From the NCBI GenBank assembly GCA_028720145.1, contig JAQYLJ010000052.1:1-61011 (forward strand): a stretch of 61,011 nt of DNA. Direction: 5' to 3'. Position 1 is the first letter of the stretch. Each line of letters opens with the position of its first letter. Source of the DNA: Clostridia bacterium (GTDB lineage Bacteria > Bacillota > Clostridia > Oscillospirales > CAG-272). The translations under genes were made by a program, and so were the position numbers. Shown piece by piece: positions 49,690 to 59,724 of the stretch. The notes below the pieces were generated by a model. That model worked only from the letters and a program-made list of their open reading frames with translations, did no database searches and was not told where the DNA came from.

Positions 49690-50406
49690 TCACTCCTTCC
49701 CGTAGCACGCTTCCCGCAGGAGGGAGAGCGCGTCCGAGATGCCCCCGATGCGGTCAATCAGACCGCACCCCACCGCCGTCTCTCCGTCGATGACCGAGCC
49801 GATGTCGTTCGTCAGGTCTTCGGTCGAGAGCATCATGCGGTTGAGTTCTTCTTCCGAAACCCGCGAGTGCCCCGTGACGAATTTTACGATGCGTTTCTGC
49901 ATATCCGAGAGATAGTGATAGGTCTGCGGCGCGTGGATGACCGTCCCGCTCGTCCGCACAGGATGAATGGTCATGGTCGCGGACGGGACGATCACCGAGG
50001 TCTTCGCCGACACCGCGAGCGGGACGCCGATGGAGTGCCCGCCCCCGAGGACGAGGGAGACGGTCGGTTTTGTCATGGAGGCGATCAGTTCTGCGATGGC
50101 GAGCCCCGCCTCTACATCGCCTCCCATGGTGTTGAGGATGAGGAGCACCCCGTCCACCTTCTCGGATTCTTCGAGCGCGACGAGCAGGGGGAGCAGGTGC
50201 TCGTACTTGGTGGTTTTTTGGGTGTTGTCGAGGACATAGTGCCCCTCGATTTGCCCGATGATGGTCAGACAATAGAATCGGTCGTGGCGGTTCCCCGTGT
50301 AACTGCTTCCCGTCTCAATCAGACGGTCCATCGCGTCTTCGGGGGAGTCGTGAGTCCCCGTCAGACCGCTTTCTTTGATTTCGTCCGTTTCCGTCGCCTT
50401 GCCCAC
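49690..50406 (-). CDS. tepA: ClpP-like protein (TepA-like)
   Basis: IGQIEGH, KTTKYEH, LNTMGGDVEAGLAIAE, GGHSIGVP, MTIHP. Confidence 0.8.
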   Translation of the reverse strand: MGKATETDEIKESGLTGTHDSPEDAMDRLIETGSSYTGNRHDRFYCLTIIGQIEGHYVLDNTQKTTKYEHLLPLLVALEESEKVDGVLLILNTMGGDVEAGLAIAELIASMTKPTVSLVLGGGHSIGVPLAVSAKTSVIVPSATMTIHPVRTSGTVIHAPQTYHYLSDMQKRIVKFVTGHSRVSEEELNRMMLSTEDLTNDIGSVIDGETAVGCGLIDRIGGISDALSLLREACYGKE

Positions 50407-50536
50407 TTTTCCGAAACCTCTCTTCTTTTTTTCTTATTTTTTGTCAAAGTTTTTCTCACTATAACATTTACTTTTTTCCTTTTCTGTGTTAGAATGGTTG
50501 ACGGCAAAAATGAAATTTGAAAAAGGAGTTTTTCAG

Positions 50537-51100
50537 ATGGCAAAGTTTATCGTGGAAACTTCGGCACGGCATATCCACCTGACCCAAAAGGATTTGGATA
50601 CGCTGTACGGCGAAGAGAACTATCAGCTGCATCCCAAGAAGAACCTGAGCCAGCCCGGTCAGTTCGCGTGTGAAGAGAAACTGACGGTGGTCGGACCCAA
50701 GGGAGAAATCAAGGCGTCCATCCTCGGTCCCGTCCGCCCCGAGTCGCAGGTGGAACTTTCGCTCACCGACGCGCGCGCAATCGGCGTGGTCGCCCCCATC
50801 CGCGAGAGCGGAGATGTCAAGGGGAGCGGCGCTTGCAAATTGGTCGGACCCGCAGGCGAGGTCGAACTCGCGGAGGGTGTCATCGCCGCGAAACGCCATG
50901 TCCACATGACCCCCGCGGATGCCGAGATTTTCGGCGTGAAGGATAAACAGATCGTGAAAGTCAAGGTCAACGGCTCCCGTCCCCTGATTTTCGACGATGT
51001 CGTCGTCCGCGTCAGCCCCAAATATGCCCTTGCCATGCACATCGACACCGATGAATCGAATGCGGCGTACGGTGTGACCGAGGGCGAAATCGTAGAGTAA
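50537..51100 (+). CDS. pduL: PduL-family phosphate acyltransferase
   Basis: SARHIHL, LSQPGQFA, ILGP.R..SQVE, RESGD, AKRHVHM, MHIDTDE. Confidence 0.92.
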   Translation: MAKFIVETSARHIHLTQKDLDTLYGEENYQLHPKKNLSQPGQFACEEKLTVVGPKGEIKASILGPVRPESQVELSLTDARAIGVVAPIRESGDVKGSGACKLVGPAGEVELAEGVIAAKRHVHMTPADAEIFGVKDKQIVKVKVNGSRPLIFDDVVVRVSPKYALAMHIDTDESNAAYGVTEGEIVE

Positions 51101-51124
51101 TTTTTTAGAAGGAGAATACATACC

Positions 51125-51826
51125 ATGTGCGAATACGCGATGAGCAGTCATGTCGCAGGCATGACGCAGGTTGCCAAAGGACCGAAACACGGTCCCGCCC
51201 CCATTCCCGAAGAGGGGAAGTGGGTTGAGGCAAAACAGATTACCGACATCTCCGCATACACCCACGGCATCGGCTGGTGCGCTCCCCAACAGGGCGCGTG
51301 CAAACTCTCTCTGAATGTCAAGAACGGGATTATCGAGGAAGCGCTGGTCGAGACCATCGGTTGCTCGGGTATGACCCACTCGGCAGCGATGGCGGCAGAA
51401 ATTCTGCCCGGAAAGACGTTGCTCGAAGCGCTAAACACCGACCTCGTGTGCGACGCGATCAACACCGCGATGAGAGAACTCTTCCTCCAGATCGTCTACG
51501 GGCGTAGCCAGTCCGCTTTCTCCGAGGGCGGTCTCGTCATCGGCGCGGGTCTTGAAGACCTCGGGAAGGGGACCCGCTCCATGGTCGGTACCATGTACGG
51601 CACCAAGGAGAAGGGCGTCCGCTACCTCGAAATGACCGAAGGCTACTGCACCAGAATGGCGCTGGATGCCGACGATCAGGTGATCGGCTATGAGTTTGTC
51701 TCTCTCGGGAAGATGACCGACCTTGTCAAGGGCGGTATGGAACCCAACGAGGCGTATGAGAAATCCAAGGGTCATTACGGTCGGTTTGATGAAGCCGTCA
51801 GATACATTGACCCCCGCAAGGACTAA
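51125..51826 (+). CDS. IscU/NifU-like protein associated with GGGtGRT proteins
   Basis: GWCAPQQGACKL, GCSGMTHSA, DLVCDA. Confidence 0.8.
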   Translation: MCEYAMSSHVAGMTQVAKGPKHGPAPIPEEGKWVEAKQITDISAYTHGIGWCAPQQGACKLSLNVKNGIIEEALVETIGCSGMTHSAAMAAEILPGKTLLEALNTDLVCDAINTAMRELFLQIVYGRSQSAFSEGGLVIGAGLEDLGKGTRSMVGTMYGTKEKGVRYLEMTEGYCTRMALDADDQVIGYEFVSLGKMTDLVKGGMEPNEAYEKSKGHYGRFDEAVRYIDPRKD

Positions 51827-51843
51827 GAAGGAGGATTTGACGA

Positions 51844-52845
51844 ATGGCAACTTTTGAAGGTTACGAGAGACGCGAGGCGAAGATCCTCGCCGCTCTGAAA
51901 GAATACGGCATTTCCTCGATTGACGAATGCAAAGAGATCACCCTCGCGAAGGGCATCGATGTGGACGCGATCGTCCGCTCCACTCAGCCCATCTGCTTTG
52001 AGAACGCGGTTTGGGCATACACCGTCGGCGCCGCGATCGCCATCAAATCCGGCTGCACGAAAGCGGCTGATGCCGCCGCCGCCATCGGGATCGGTCTCCA
52101 GAGCTTCTGCATCCCCGGCTCTGTCGCCGAGAACCGCAAAGTCGGTCTCGGACACGGGAACCTCGGGAAGATGCTCCTCTCCGAGGACACCGAGTGCTTC
52201 TGCTTCCTCGCGGGTCACGAGTCCTTCGCCGCCGCCGAGGGTGCGATCAAAATCGCTCTGAACGCGAACAAAGTGCGTAAGAACCCCCTGCGCGTGATTC
52301 TGAACGGTCTCGGCAAAGATGCGGCGTTCATCATCTCCCGCATCAACGGCTTCACCTACTGCGAGACCGAGTTTGACCCCTACACCGAGACGGTCAAGGT
52401 GGTCAAAGAGGTGCCGTATTCCAAGGGTCCTCGCGCCGATGTCAAGTGCTACGGCGCGGACAATGTCCCCGAGGGTGTGGCTATCATGAAACTCGAGAAA
52501 GTCGGCGTTTCCATCACCGGTAACTCGACCAACCCGACGCGCTTCCAGCACCCCGTCGCCGGCACCTATAAGAAATGGTGTGTCGAGAACGGCGTGAAGT
52601 ACTTCTCTGTCGCATCGGGCGGCGGTACGGGTCGTACCCTGCATCCCGATAACATGGCGGCAGGTCCGTCCAGCTACGGCATGACCGACACCATGGGCAG
52701 AATGCACTCCGACGCCCAGTTCGCCGGTTCCTCCTCGGTGCCCGCCCATGTGGAAATGATGGGTCTCATCGGCATGGGGAACAACCCGATGGTCGGCGCG
52801 ACCGTCGCTGTCGCCGTTGCCGTCGAAGAAGCGGCAAAGAAGTAA
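51844..52845 (+). CDS. GGGtGRT-family protein (function unknown)
   Basis: Literal SGGGTGRTLHPDN motif, GHESFAAAEG; terminator at ~52875-52908. Confidence 0.92.
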   Translation: MATFEGYERREAKILAALKEYGISSIDECKEITLAKGIDVDAIVRSTQPICFENAVWAYTVGAAIAIKSGCTKAADAAAAIGIGLQSFCIPGSVAENRKVGLGHGNLGKMLLSEDTECFCFLAGHESFAAAEGAIKIALNANKVRKNPLRVILNGLGKDAAFIISRINGFTYCETEFDPYTETVKVVKEVPYSKGPRADVKCYGADNVPEGVAIMKLEKVGVSITGNSTNPTRFQHPVAGTYKKWCVENGVKYFSVASGGGTGRTLHPDNMAAGPSSYGMTDTMGRMHSDAQFAGSSSVPAHVEMMGLIGMGNNPMVGATVAVAVAVEEAAKK

Positions 52846-53184
52846 TCGCCCCCGATTACCCGCTCAAAATTTCAGACTCTCGAACCTCGGTTCGGGAGTC
52901 CTTTTTTCTTATTGCTTTTGTCCGCACCTCGTTCTCGCAATTCTCCCGCCACGCGCGGAATGTGTCGGCGGAATAGAGCGTCAGACAGTTGTGTGGAAAG
53001 TTGTGCAAAACCGTTGCACTGTCCAAATTATCTAATTTTGCGGTAATATTTTTGTGTATTCCGCGCGGAATGGGAAATTATCGGCGCATTTTTTTCTGTT
53101 CTTTTTCCCATAGAAAAACGGACAGACGCGTGATAGAATACTATTGAAATCCATAACCCACCAAAAAAGAAAGGATTTTCCGCT

Positions 53185-53841
53185 ATGGTTTTCTCAACGC
53201 ATGATAAAACAGTCCGCATGGTCGAGTTCGCCGTTCTGACGGCGCTCACCGTCATTTTGCAGTTGCTCTGCTCGGTTCTGACCTTCGGGCAGATTTCCAT
53301 CACGCTTTCGCTCGTCCCTGTCGTGATCGGTGCGGCGCTCTTTGGTCCCGGAGGCGGCGCGATTCTCGGATTCATCCTCGGTGCCGTCAACTTCATTTCG
53401 AGTTTCTTTAACCCCGTACTCCTGTTCCTCTTTCAGGCATCGCCCGTCGCGTATATCATCACCTGTTTCGGGAAGACCGTACTTGCAGGGGTTGTGGCGG
53501 GACTTCTGTACCGTGCATTCCGTGAGAAGCATCGTTATATCGGCGTGACCCTTGCCGCCCTCTCCGCACCCATCGTCAATACCGGTGTGTTCTTCCTCAT
53601 GATGATTGCGTTCTTCCAAAAGGCGCTCGTCGAACTCTTCTCGCTTGAGGCAGGCAGTGTCGCCGCCTTTGTCATTACCGCGTTCATCGGCGTCAACTTC
53701 CTCGTGGAGTTCGGGCTGAATGTCGTCCTGTGCCCCGCCATCGCGCGCATCATCGATGTGGTGCGCCATACGGCGAAGAAGAATGCACGGGAAGAAGTGC
53801 CCGCGGATGCCGAAAACGAGGACGGGGAAGAGGACGCTTAA
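53185..53841 (+). CDS. ECF transporter S component (PanT-like)
   Basis: ITLSLVPVVIGAALFGP.GGAILG, ~6 TM segments. Confidence 0.85.
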   Translation: MVFSTHDKTVRMVEFAVLTALTVILQLLCSVLTFGQISITLSLVPVVIGAALFGPGGGAILGFILGAVNFISSFFNPVLLFLFQASPVAYIITCFGKTVLAGVVAGLLYRAFREKHRYIGVTLAALSAPIVNTGVFFLMMIAFFQKALVELFSLEAGSVAAFVITAFIGVNFLVEFGLNVVLCPAIARIIDVVRHTAKKNAREEVPADAENEDGEEDA

Positions 53842-54051
53842 AGAGCGCCGAAACCCGTTTTCGGACAACCGCCGCCTTGATCGGTTGCGCGGGGGTCAAA
53901 ATTGCCCCTGAAAACCGCAAAAAAACGGACATTTTCCCGCCGCATGTATCTTTTACAAAAAAACACGATATTTGTCGTACTTTTGTTTGACAATACGGTT
54001 CTTTCATGCTAAAATGAGCATAGAATTTCATGAAAGGAGATCGGAATCATC

Positions 54052-54273
54052 ATGGCAGGGAAATCTGATTACTTTGGGCTCAGCTGGCTTGTTAGCCTGA
54101 TTTTGGCTATCATCCCGATTACCGCTTGGGTTTGCGGCGTTGTGACGCGCATCCAGGAAGGGAAGATCGTCGCGGGGATCATTCGTATCTTCCTCGGCGG
54201 GTGGATTCTTTGGGTTGCGGACCTGATTTGCATGATCCTCAACAAGAAGATCTTCCGTCTGCTCAACATTTGA
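54052..54273 (+). CDS. Small conserved-looking membrane protein (73 aa)
   Basis: AAGGAG RBS, hydrophobic segments, own terminator at ~54286-54315. Confidence 0.75.
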   Translation: MAGKSDYFGLSWLVSLILAIIPITAWVCGVVTRIQEGKIVAGIIRIFLGGWILWVADLICMILNKKIFRLLNI

Positions 54274-54478
54274 TTTGAGCGACATAAAAAGCGTTGCCCT
54301 CGGGCAACGCTTTTTATCTTTTTTTCGGGGAATGCTTTTTGCCGAATCTCTATCAAAGAGGAGCCGTAAACACGGCTCCTCTTTCCTGTTTTTTCGTTTT
54401 TCTGCTTTGGCAAAACGATTCCGATAGGGCATGGTGAATCTACTGTCAAGGATTGCGCTTCCCTTGACAATTCGTTTT

Positions 54479-55732
54479 TTACGAGCCCCCGAAACTGCGT
54501 CCCGCGTTCGGCAGGGTGGGGACAAACGGACGGAGAATCCTCGTCTTCTCGTTCAGAAGGAGCGAGGCGGGATAGATGGCGTACTTGCCATAGCGGCAGG
54601 TGATGTCGTCCATCGCGGTTTCGAGGTCTTCCTGCCGCTGTCCTGCGCGCGGGTCACGGAACATATCGATTTGGTCGCCCTCGCGGGTCGGCGAGAGGCG
54701 GGTCGCCCGAATCGTGAAAGCACGGAGGGGGAGTTCCAATTTGTACTTCGCGCGGAAGAGGGCGAACCCCTCTTTCGCGAGTTCTTTCCCGCTTTGGGTC
54801 TTGGCGGAGAGTACCGCGTCAAATTGCTTCACCGTAAGGGCGCGGTCTTTCACCGCGATTTGCACCCCGCCCGCCCAGAATCCTTGTGCGCGGAGCTGTC
54901 GCCCGATCTCCTGTGCGAGTTCGAGGAAGATGCGGAAAATCTCTTCTTCGTCGGTGACATCCGCCGAACAGGTGATGCCGTGCCCGATGCTCTTGGGCGC
55001 GACGCTCTCTTGAAAATCCGCGACGCGGGAGTTGTCGCGCCCGTCCGCGAACGCGCGGAGCATGACCCCGTTCTTGCCGAGTAGATGTCGAATCAGCCCC
55101 TCGTCGGCGCGCGCGAGGTCGCCGATGGTGTGGATGGCGTAGCGGTGCAGACGCGCAGCGGTAGAACGCCCGACAAAGAGTAAGTCTTCGACAGGTAGCC
55201 GCCATACCATCGTCTTGTAGTTCTCTCGGGTGACGAGGGTGACGGCATCGGGCTTCTTCATATCCGACGCGAGTTTCGCGAACACCTTGTTGAAAGACAC
55301 CCCCACCGAGACGGTCAACCCCAGTTCCCGCGAGACGGTCTCGCGAATCTCATCGGCGAGGGCGAGAGGGCTCTCATAGCGGAAGATGCCGTCGGTCATG
55401 TCGAGCCAGTTCTCGTCGAGACCAAACGGCTCGACAAAGTTCGTGTAGCGCAGATAAATCTTCTTCGCAAGTCCCGAGAACAGCGCATAGTAACGGTAGC
55501 GCGGCGGGACGAGAATGAGGTCGGGACAGAGTTTCTTCGCCTCTCCGTTGGTCATCCCCGTCTTGACCCCCGCCTGCTTGGCGAGTTCCGACTTGGCGAG
55601 GACGATGCCGTGCCGCTCTTTCTCGGAGCCGCAGACCGCGACCGCCCGCCCGCGGAGCGCGGGGTTCAATACCGTCTCGACCGAGGCGAAAAACGAGTTG
55701 AGGTCGACATGTAAAATGACGCGATCGGGCAT
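54479..55732 (-). CDS. dinB: Y-family DNA polymerase IV
   Basis: ILHVDLNSFFASVE, GLDE, NKVFAKLASD.KKP, PKSIG; AAGGAG RBS. Confidence 0.92.
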   Translation of the reverse strand: MPDRVILHVDLNSFFASVETVLNPALRGRAVAVCGSEKERHGIVLAKSELAKQAGVKTGMTNGEAKKLCPDLILVPPRYRYYALFSGLAKKIYLRYTNFVEPFGLDENWLDMTDGIFRYESPLALADEIRETVSRELGLTVSVGVSFNKVFAKLASDMKKPDAVTLVTRENYKTMVWRLPVEDLLFVGRSTAARLHRYAIHTIGDLARADEGLIRHLLGKNGVMLRAFADGRDNSRVADFQESVAPKSIGHGITCSADVTDEEEIFRIFLELAQEIGRQLRAQGFWAGGVQIAVKDRALTVKQFDAVLSAKTQSGKELAKEGFALFRAKYKLELPLRAFTIRATRLSPTREGDQIDMFRDPRAGQRQEDLETAMDDITCRYGKYAIYPASLLLNEKTRILRPFVPTLPNAGRSFGGS

Positions 55733-55769
55733 CCCCGCGCTCCTTTCCGAGGTGCCGTCGCGCCTCTTG

Positions 55770-56024
55770 TTATTCGGTCTCTTTGATGGAGAACCAACAG
55801 CCGGTGTCCGGCTCATAATAGATTTTCTTGTGGGCACCGCCGATTAAAACGAGAAATTCGATGGGCGCGATACACGCCACGACCTGCGGGCAGAACCGCT
55901 TATGCGAGAGCACCCGCTCGATTTCATAGGTCTCGCCGCCAAATTCCAGACGGCGGGGCAGGAGACGACCGTCGGGCGTGAAGAGAACCTCCACCGCCAG
56001 CGCCATACGCCGATATTGCTTCAT
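55770..56024 (-). CDS. Small hypothetical protein between lexA and dinB
   Basis: 84 aa; ATGA overlap with lexA; AAGGAG RBS. Confidence 0.75.
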   Translation of the reverse strand: MKQYRRMALAVEVLFTPDGRLLPRRLEFGGETYEIERVLSHKRFCPQVVACIAPIEFLVLIGGAHKKIYYEPDTGCWFSIKETE

Positions 56025-56623
56025 GTTAGCTCCTTAATCACGCGGAGCGCGACCCCCTGTATCAGGGCATCCCGCACATAGAGATCGCTCATGGCGGTAT
56101 TCTCGGGGTGGAGACGAATCCGATGCTTCTCGGGTTCGGGGTAATAGCGTTTCAGTGTGGCTTCCTCCCCAATCAGCACCACGGCGATCTGCCCCGGCTC
56201 CGCCGTCGCCTGCTCTCTCACCAGTACGAGGTCGCCCGGCGTGATGCCCACATCGACCATGGATTCCCCCTTGGCGCGGAGCAGATAGCAGTTCCCGTTC
56301 CCCACGAGTGCGCGGGGCAGGCGCAGATAGGACTCGATGTGTTCCTCCGCGTAGCTCGGCAGTCCGCAGGCGACCTCTCCGAGCAGTGCCACGGTCACGA
56401 GGTCGGACGAGGTCTTTTCGCTCATATCGGTCGTGATGACACCTCCTGCGTAAGAGATTTCTCCCGCCTCTCCGAGCGCCACCAAATGCCGCTGTACGGT
56501 GGGGCGGGGGATGCCCGTCCCCGCGGCGATGGCGCGGATGGAGGGGGTCTCTCCCGTCTCCCACTCGTATCGCTTAATATAGGTGAGGATGCGGCGGGAG
56601 GTCTCCCGATTCTTCTCTCTCAT
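56021..56623 (-). CDS. lexA: LexA-like repressor
   Basis: wHTH (PSIRAIA), cleavage-site-like VACG, catalytic GESM and TLKR. Confidence 0.88.
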   Translation of the reverse strand: MREKNRETSRRILTYIKRYEWETGETPSIRAIAAGTGIPRPTVQRHLVALGEAGEISYAGGVITTDMSEKTSSDLVTVALLGEVACGLPSYAEEHIESYLRLPRALVGNGNCYLLRAKGESMVDVGITPGDLVLVREQATAEPGQIAVVLIGEEATLKRYYPEPEKHRIRLHPENTAMSDLYVRDALIQGVALRVIKELT

Positions 56624-56637
56624 AGTAAACCTCCTAT

Positions 56638-56695
56638 ATGAGACACTCCGTCTCATTTACGAGGATAGTATACCACGCGTTTTCGCGTTTGTCAA
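56638..56695 (-). promoter_or_regulatory. lexA promoter and palindromic operator
   Basis: TTGACA (56690-56695)-17 bp-TATACT (56667-56672) with extended TG; ATGAGAC-N5-GTCTCAT at 56638-56656 between the -10 and the RBS. Confidence 0.7.
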
Positions 56696-56841
56696 GCGGG
56701 GGAAAAGAAATCGGGGGTCTTTCTTTACTTTTTTTCGATTGCGTGTTATACTAATACAAATGACATGGCTCGCCCAGGGAAGGCGAGGGGGATGCGACCT
56801 AACGTGGCGGGGATAGCGAGAACCGCCCGAGTCGCACGGGA

Positions 56842-57603
56842 ATGGAGAATCTGATGACGGACGAAAAAACACGGACGCTCCTCGGCTGGCTCGGGAAGAT
56901 CGTGACGGTGCATTTGGATGCGGAGCAGACACCCGGGCAGTCTTTGAGACGCGGGCACCTCACCACGACCCCGAACGACGGGAAGGGAAAAATCTCGGTC
57001 TATTTGATGGAATGTTCCCCGGTGGGAGAGTCCTATACGGGCAGAGTGGTTTCGGTCATGCGTGCGTTTCGCGGCGACGGGGACTGTCTGATTGTCTCTC
57101 CGGTGGGGAAAGAACAGTATGAGCCGTGGATTCGCGCGGCGGTCGGAGGGATGCAGTCGGTCGAGGACACCCGCTTTTTCTGTCTCTATGAGAAGTCCTG
57201 CGGCGTGATTCCGTATCGCTTCCGCGATGGGCATCTCGAATATCTGGCGCTCTATCAGAGCGGCTCGGGGACATGGAGTTTCCCGAAAGGGCATATGGAA
57301 CTCGGGGAGGACGAACTCGAAACCGCGCGGCGCGAGGCGTATGAGGAGATCGGGGTATCGCTCACCATTCCGCGGGATTTTCGATGCGAGATTTCCTATT
57401 CGGTGCATAACCGCCGCTCCAAGAAGAAAGTGGTGCTGTACGCCGTCCCGTTCGACGGGGAAGTGACTTTGCGCGCAGGCGAGATCGAGGACGCCAAATG
57501 GCTCCCGCGCAGCGAGATTCAAAAACTCTTCGGGCATCGGGAACTCCGCGGGATTTTCAACCGACTCGAAAAGACCGTGACCCCGACCCCCTCCGACAAA
57601 TAG
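56842..57603 (+). CDS. NUDIX hydrolase (Ap4A-hydrolase-like) with N-terminal extra domain
   Basis: EKSCG, WSFPKGH, ETARREAYEEIG Nudix box. Confidence 0.85.
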   Translation: MENLMTDEKTRTLLGWLGKIVTVHLDAEQTPGQSLRRGHLTTTPNDGKGKISVYLMECSPVGESYTGRVVSVMRAFRGDGDCLIVSPVGKEQYEPWIRAAVGGMQSVEDTRFFCLYEKSCGVIPYRFRDGHLEYLALYQSGSGTWSFPKGHMELGEDELETARREAYEEIGVSLTIPRDFRCEISYSVHNRRSKKKVVLYAVPFDGEVTLRAGEIEDAKWLPRSEIQKLFGHRELRGIFNRLEKTVTPTPSDK

Positions 57604-57744
57604 TCGGAGACGCTCGCCGAATATCCGATTGACACCCGAATTTTTCTCGGGATTTTCACTCAAAAGAAGAAGGCGGAGCCGCATTTGCGGCTCCGCCCCG
57701 TTTTTTATTCTGCTTTTCGGAATCGAGAAAATCCCGCCCCCGCG

Positions 57745-59724
57745 TCAGGGTTTCGCGCGGCTGGTGTGACAGCAGATGTAGAGAATCTGCCGCTCGCCCG
57801 CGATGCGAGAGAGGAGCGCCATCGCGTATTTCACCTTCTCGTCGTCCAGATTGATGAACGGGTCGTCGAGGATAAGAAAAGGTTTCTTCCCGCCGAAGAG
57901 CGCGTCCGAGATGGCGAACCGCAGACAGAGTGCGACGAGGTCGCGCCCCCCGCGCGAGAGCGCCTCCGAGGGTTTTGTCTGCCCGAAGCGGGAAATGTTC
58001 ACCGCGAAGTCGGGGGTGACGGTGTAGGTCTCCGCCGCGTACTCGTCGGAGGTCGGCGCATCGGTCTGCTCGCCCGTCAGGAGTTGCATGTAATGGCGGA
58101 AATGCAGTTGAATCTCGCCGAGATAGCGGGTGGTCAGGTTCGCGTGTGCGGCCTTTAAGAAGTCGGATGCCGCGAGGATGGTATCGAGGCTCGCCTGATA
58201 CTCCCGCCGCTTGGCTTCCAGGGAGGAAATCTCCTGCGCGCGGGCGGTGTAGGCACCCGCGTCCGCCGTATAGCGGGCGACCTCGCGCTCACAGGCGTTT
58301 TGCTCGGCGCGCAGACGGTCGACCTCTTTTTGGATTTCTTCTTCTTTTCGGCGGAGTTCCTCTTCTCCGTCGTTTGTCCCGCGCGGGGCGGTCAGTTCGG
58401 GGTGTGACAGACGGAACGACTCATATTGGCTCTTCGCCTGTTCCTCGTCGTGCACCGCCATGCGGTATTCTTCCACCTTTTCGCGGATTGCCCAAAGCCG
58501 TTTTTCGCACCCCTCGCTCGGGGTGTTGCCCGGGACGGCAGGGTAGGCGGAGAGGAAAGACGCGATCTCGCCCGTGATGCGGTCAAAGTCCTCACGGTCG
58601 GCTTTCGCCCGTGCGATTTCATCGGTGCGTTTTCTCTTCAGATAGGAGAGCAGAACCCCGCCTCCGATGAAGAGCACTCCCAGGACAGAGCCGAGAATGG
58701 GGAAGACGAGATGAAGTTTGTGGAGGAGAATCCCCACGGGAATCAGAAGCACCCCTGCGATAAAGAGCAGAATGGGGAGGAGCGCGGGATATTTCATCTC
58801 GGGGACGACCGGCGTTTTCTTATCGCGGAGTGCCCCTGCGTTGCGAATCATCTCGTCGGTCTTTTGCAGAGTCGGCGGATTTCCGGCGAGCAGGGTGATA
58901 CAGGCGGCGGTGTGCTCTCTCGCTCCCCGATAGGTTTCGGCAAGTTCGGCGGCATGCGCCGAGAGTGCGCGGGCAGAGCGCGCGGCGATGGATGCCTCGG
59001 TCTGCTGTCGCAGGGTGCGGAGCTCGAGCTCTTTGTCCGCACACGCCTTCGCGTACTGCTTGCTTTTCTGATTCAGCGTGCTCACCTGCGTGAGCGCTTC
59101 CTCGCTCCGCGCGAGGTCGTCGCGCAGACGGGCGAGCTTTTGGTCGATATCGTAAATCGCACCGCGCCCACCCTGTACGCGGTAGTATTTCCGCCGCTTG
59201 TCGAGGCGGTCAATGGCAATCTTGAAGTCCGAGAGGTCCTGCATATCCACCAGTTTTGCCTGAATGCCGGTGTAGTCTCCGTTCGCCTCGGCGGTGAGTT
59301 TCTCGGAAATGTAGGTCGACTTCTCATACCCGACGGCATCGATGCCGAAGAGTTCCTCGCCGAGTTTGGCGGTGAAAGCCGAAGAGGGGGCACCCGTCAC
59401 CCCGTCAAAAAGACGGAAGGTGTCGTCCGACTCCTTTTGCCCGAAAGTGCGCTCCACGCGGTAGCGCGCCCCGTCGTCGGTCTCGAAGGTCAGAGAGCCG
59501 CCGCAGAGCCCGCCCTGCCACGGTAAGAACCGCTGACGCTCGTTCTGCGAGAGGTTCTGCGACCGGGAGGAGCCGAGACCGTAAAGCATCGCCTTGATGA
59601 ACCAGGCGAAGGTGCTCTTGCCCCATCCGTTCTTCTCGCATAAGACATTCATGCCGTTGCCGAAGTGATAGAAGAACGAGGAGAGCCGTCCGAAATTCTC
59701 AATGTAACATTCGATGAGTTTCAT
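57745..59724 (-). CDS. YhaN/SbcC-like SMC-family ATPase with central TM hairpin
   Basis: Walker A GWGKST, coiled coils, LSRGG signature, Walker B LILDDPF. Confidence 0.88.
   Translation of the reverse strand: MKLIECYIENFGRLSSFFYHFGNGMNVLCEKNGWGKSTFAWFIKAMLYGLGSSRSQNLSQNERQRFLPWQGGLCGGSLTFETDDGARYRVERTFGQKESDDTFRLFDGVTGAPSSAFTAKLGEELFGIDAVGYEKSTYISEKLTAEANGDYTGIQAKLVDMQDLSDFKIAIDRLDKRRKYYRVQGGRGAIYDIDQKLARLRDDLARSEEALTQVSTLNQKSKQYAKACADKELELRTLRQQTEASIAARSARALSAHAAELAETYRGAREHTAACITLLAGNPPTLQKTDEMIRNAGALRDKKTPVVPEMKYPALLPILLFIAGVLLIPVGILLHKLHLVFPILGSVLGVLFIGGGVLLSYLKRKRTDEIARAKADREDFDRITGEIASFLSAYPAVPGNTPSEGCEKRLWAIREKVEEYRMAVHDEEQAKSQYESFRLSHPELTAPRGTNDGEEELRRKEEEIQKEVDRLRAEQNACEREVARYTADAGAYTARAQEISSLEAKRREYQASLDTILAASDFLKAAHANLTTRYLGEIQLHFRHYMQLLTGEQTDAPTSDEYAAETYTVTPDFAVNISRFGQTKPSEALSRGGRDLVALCLRFAISDALFGGKKPFLILDDPFINLDDEKVKYAMALLSRIAGERQILYICCHTSRAKP

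Noticed and set aside
37468-54385. Two hairpins with identical arms AGAGGAGCCG/CGGCTCCTCT (~37468 and ~54358)
   Set aside because: Both sit between convergent genes and are adequately explained as terminators.
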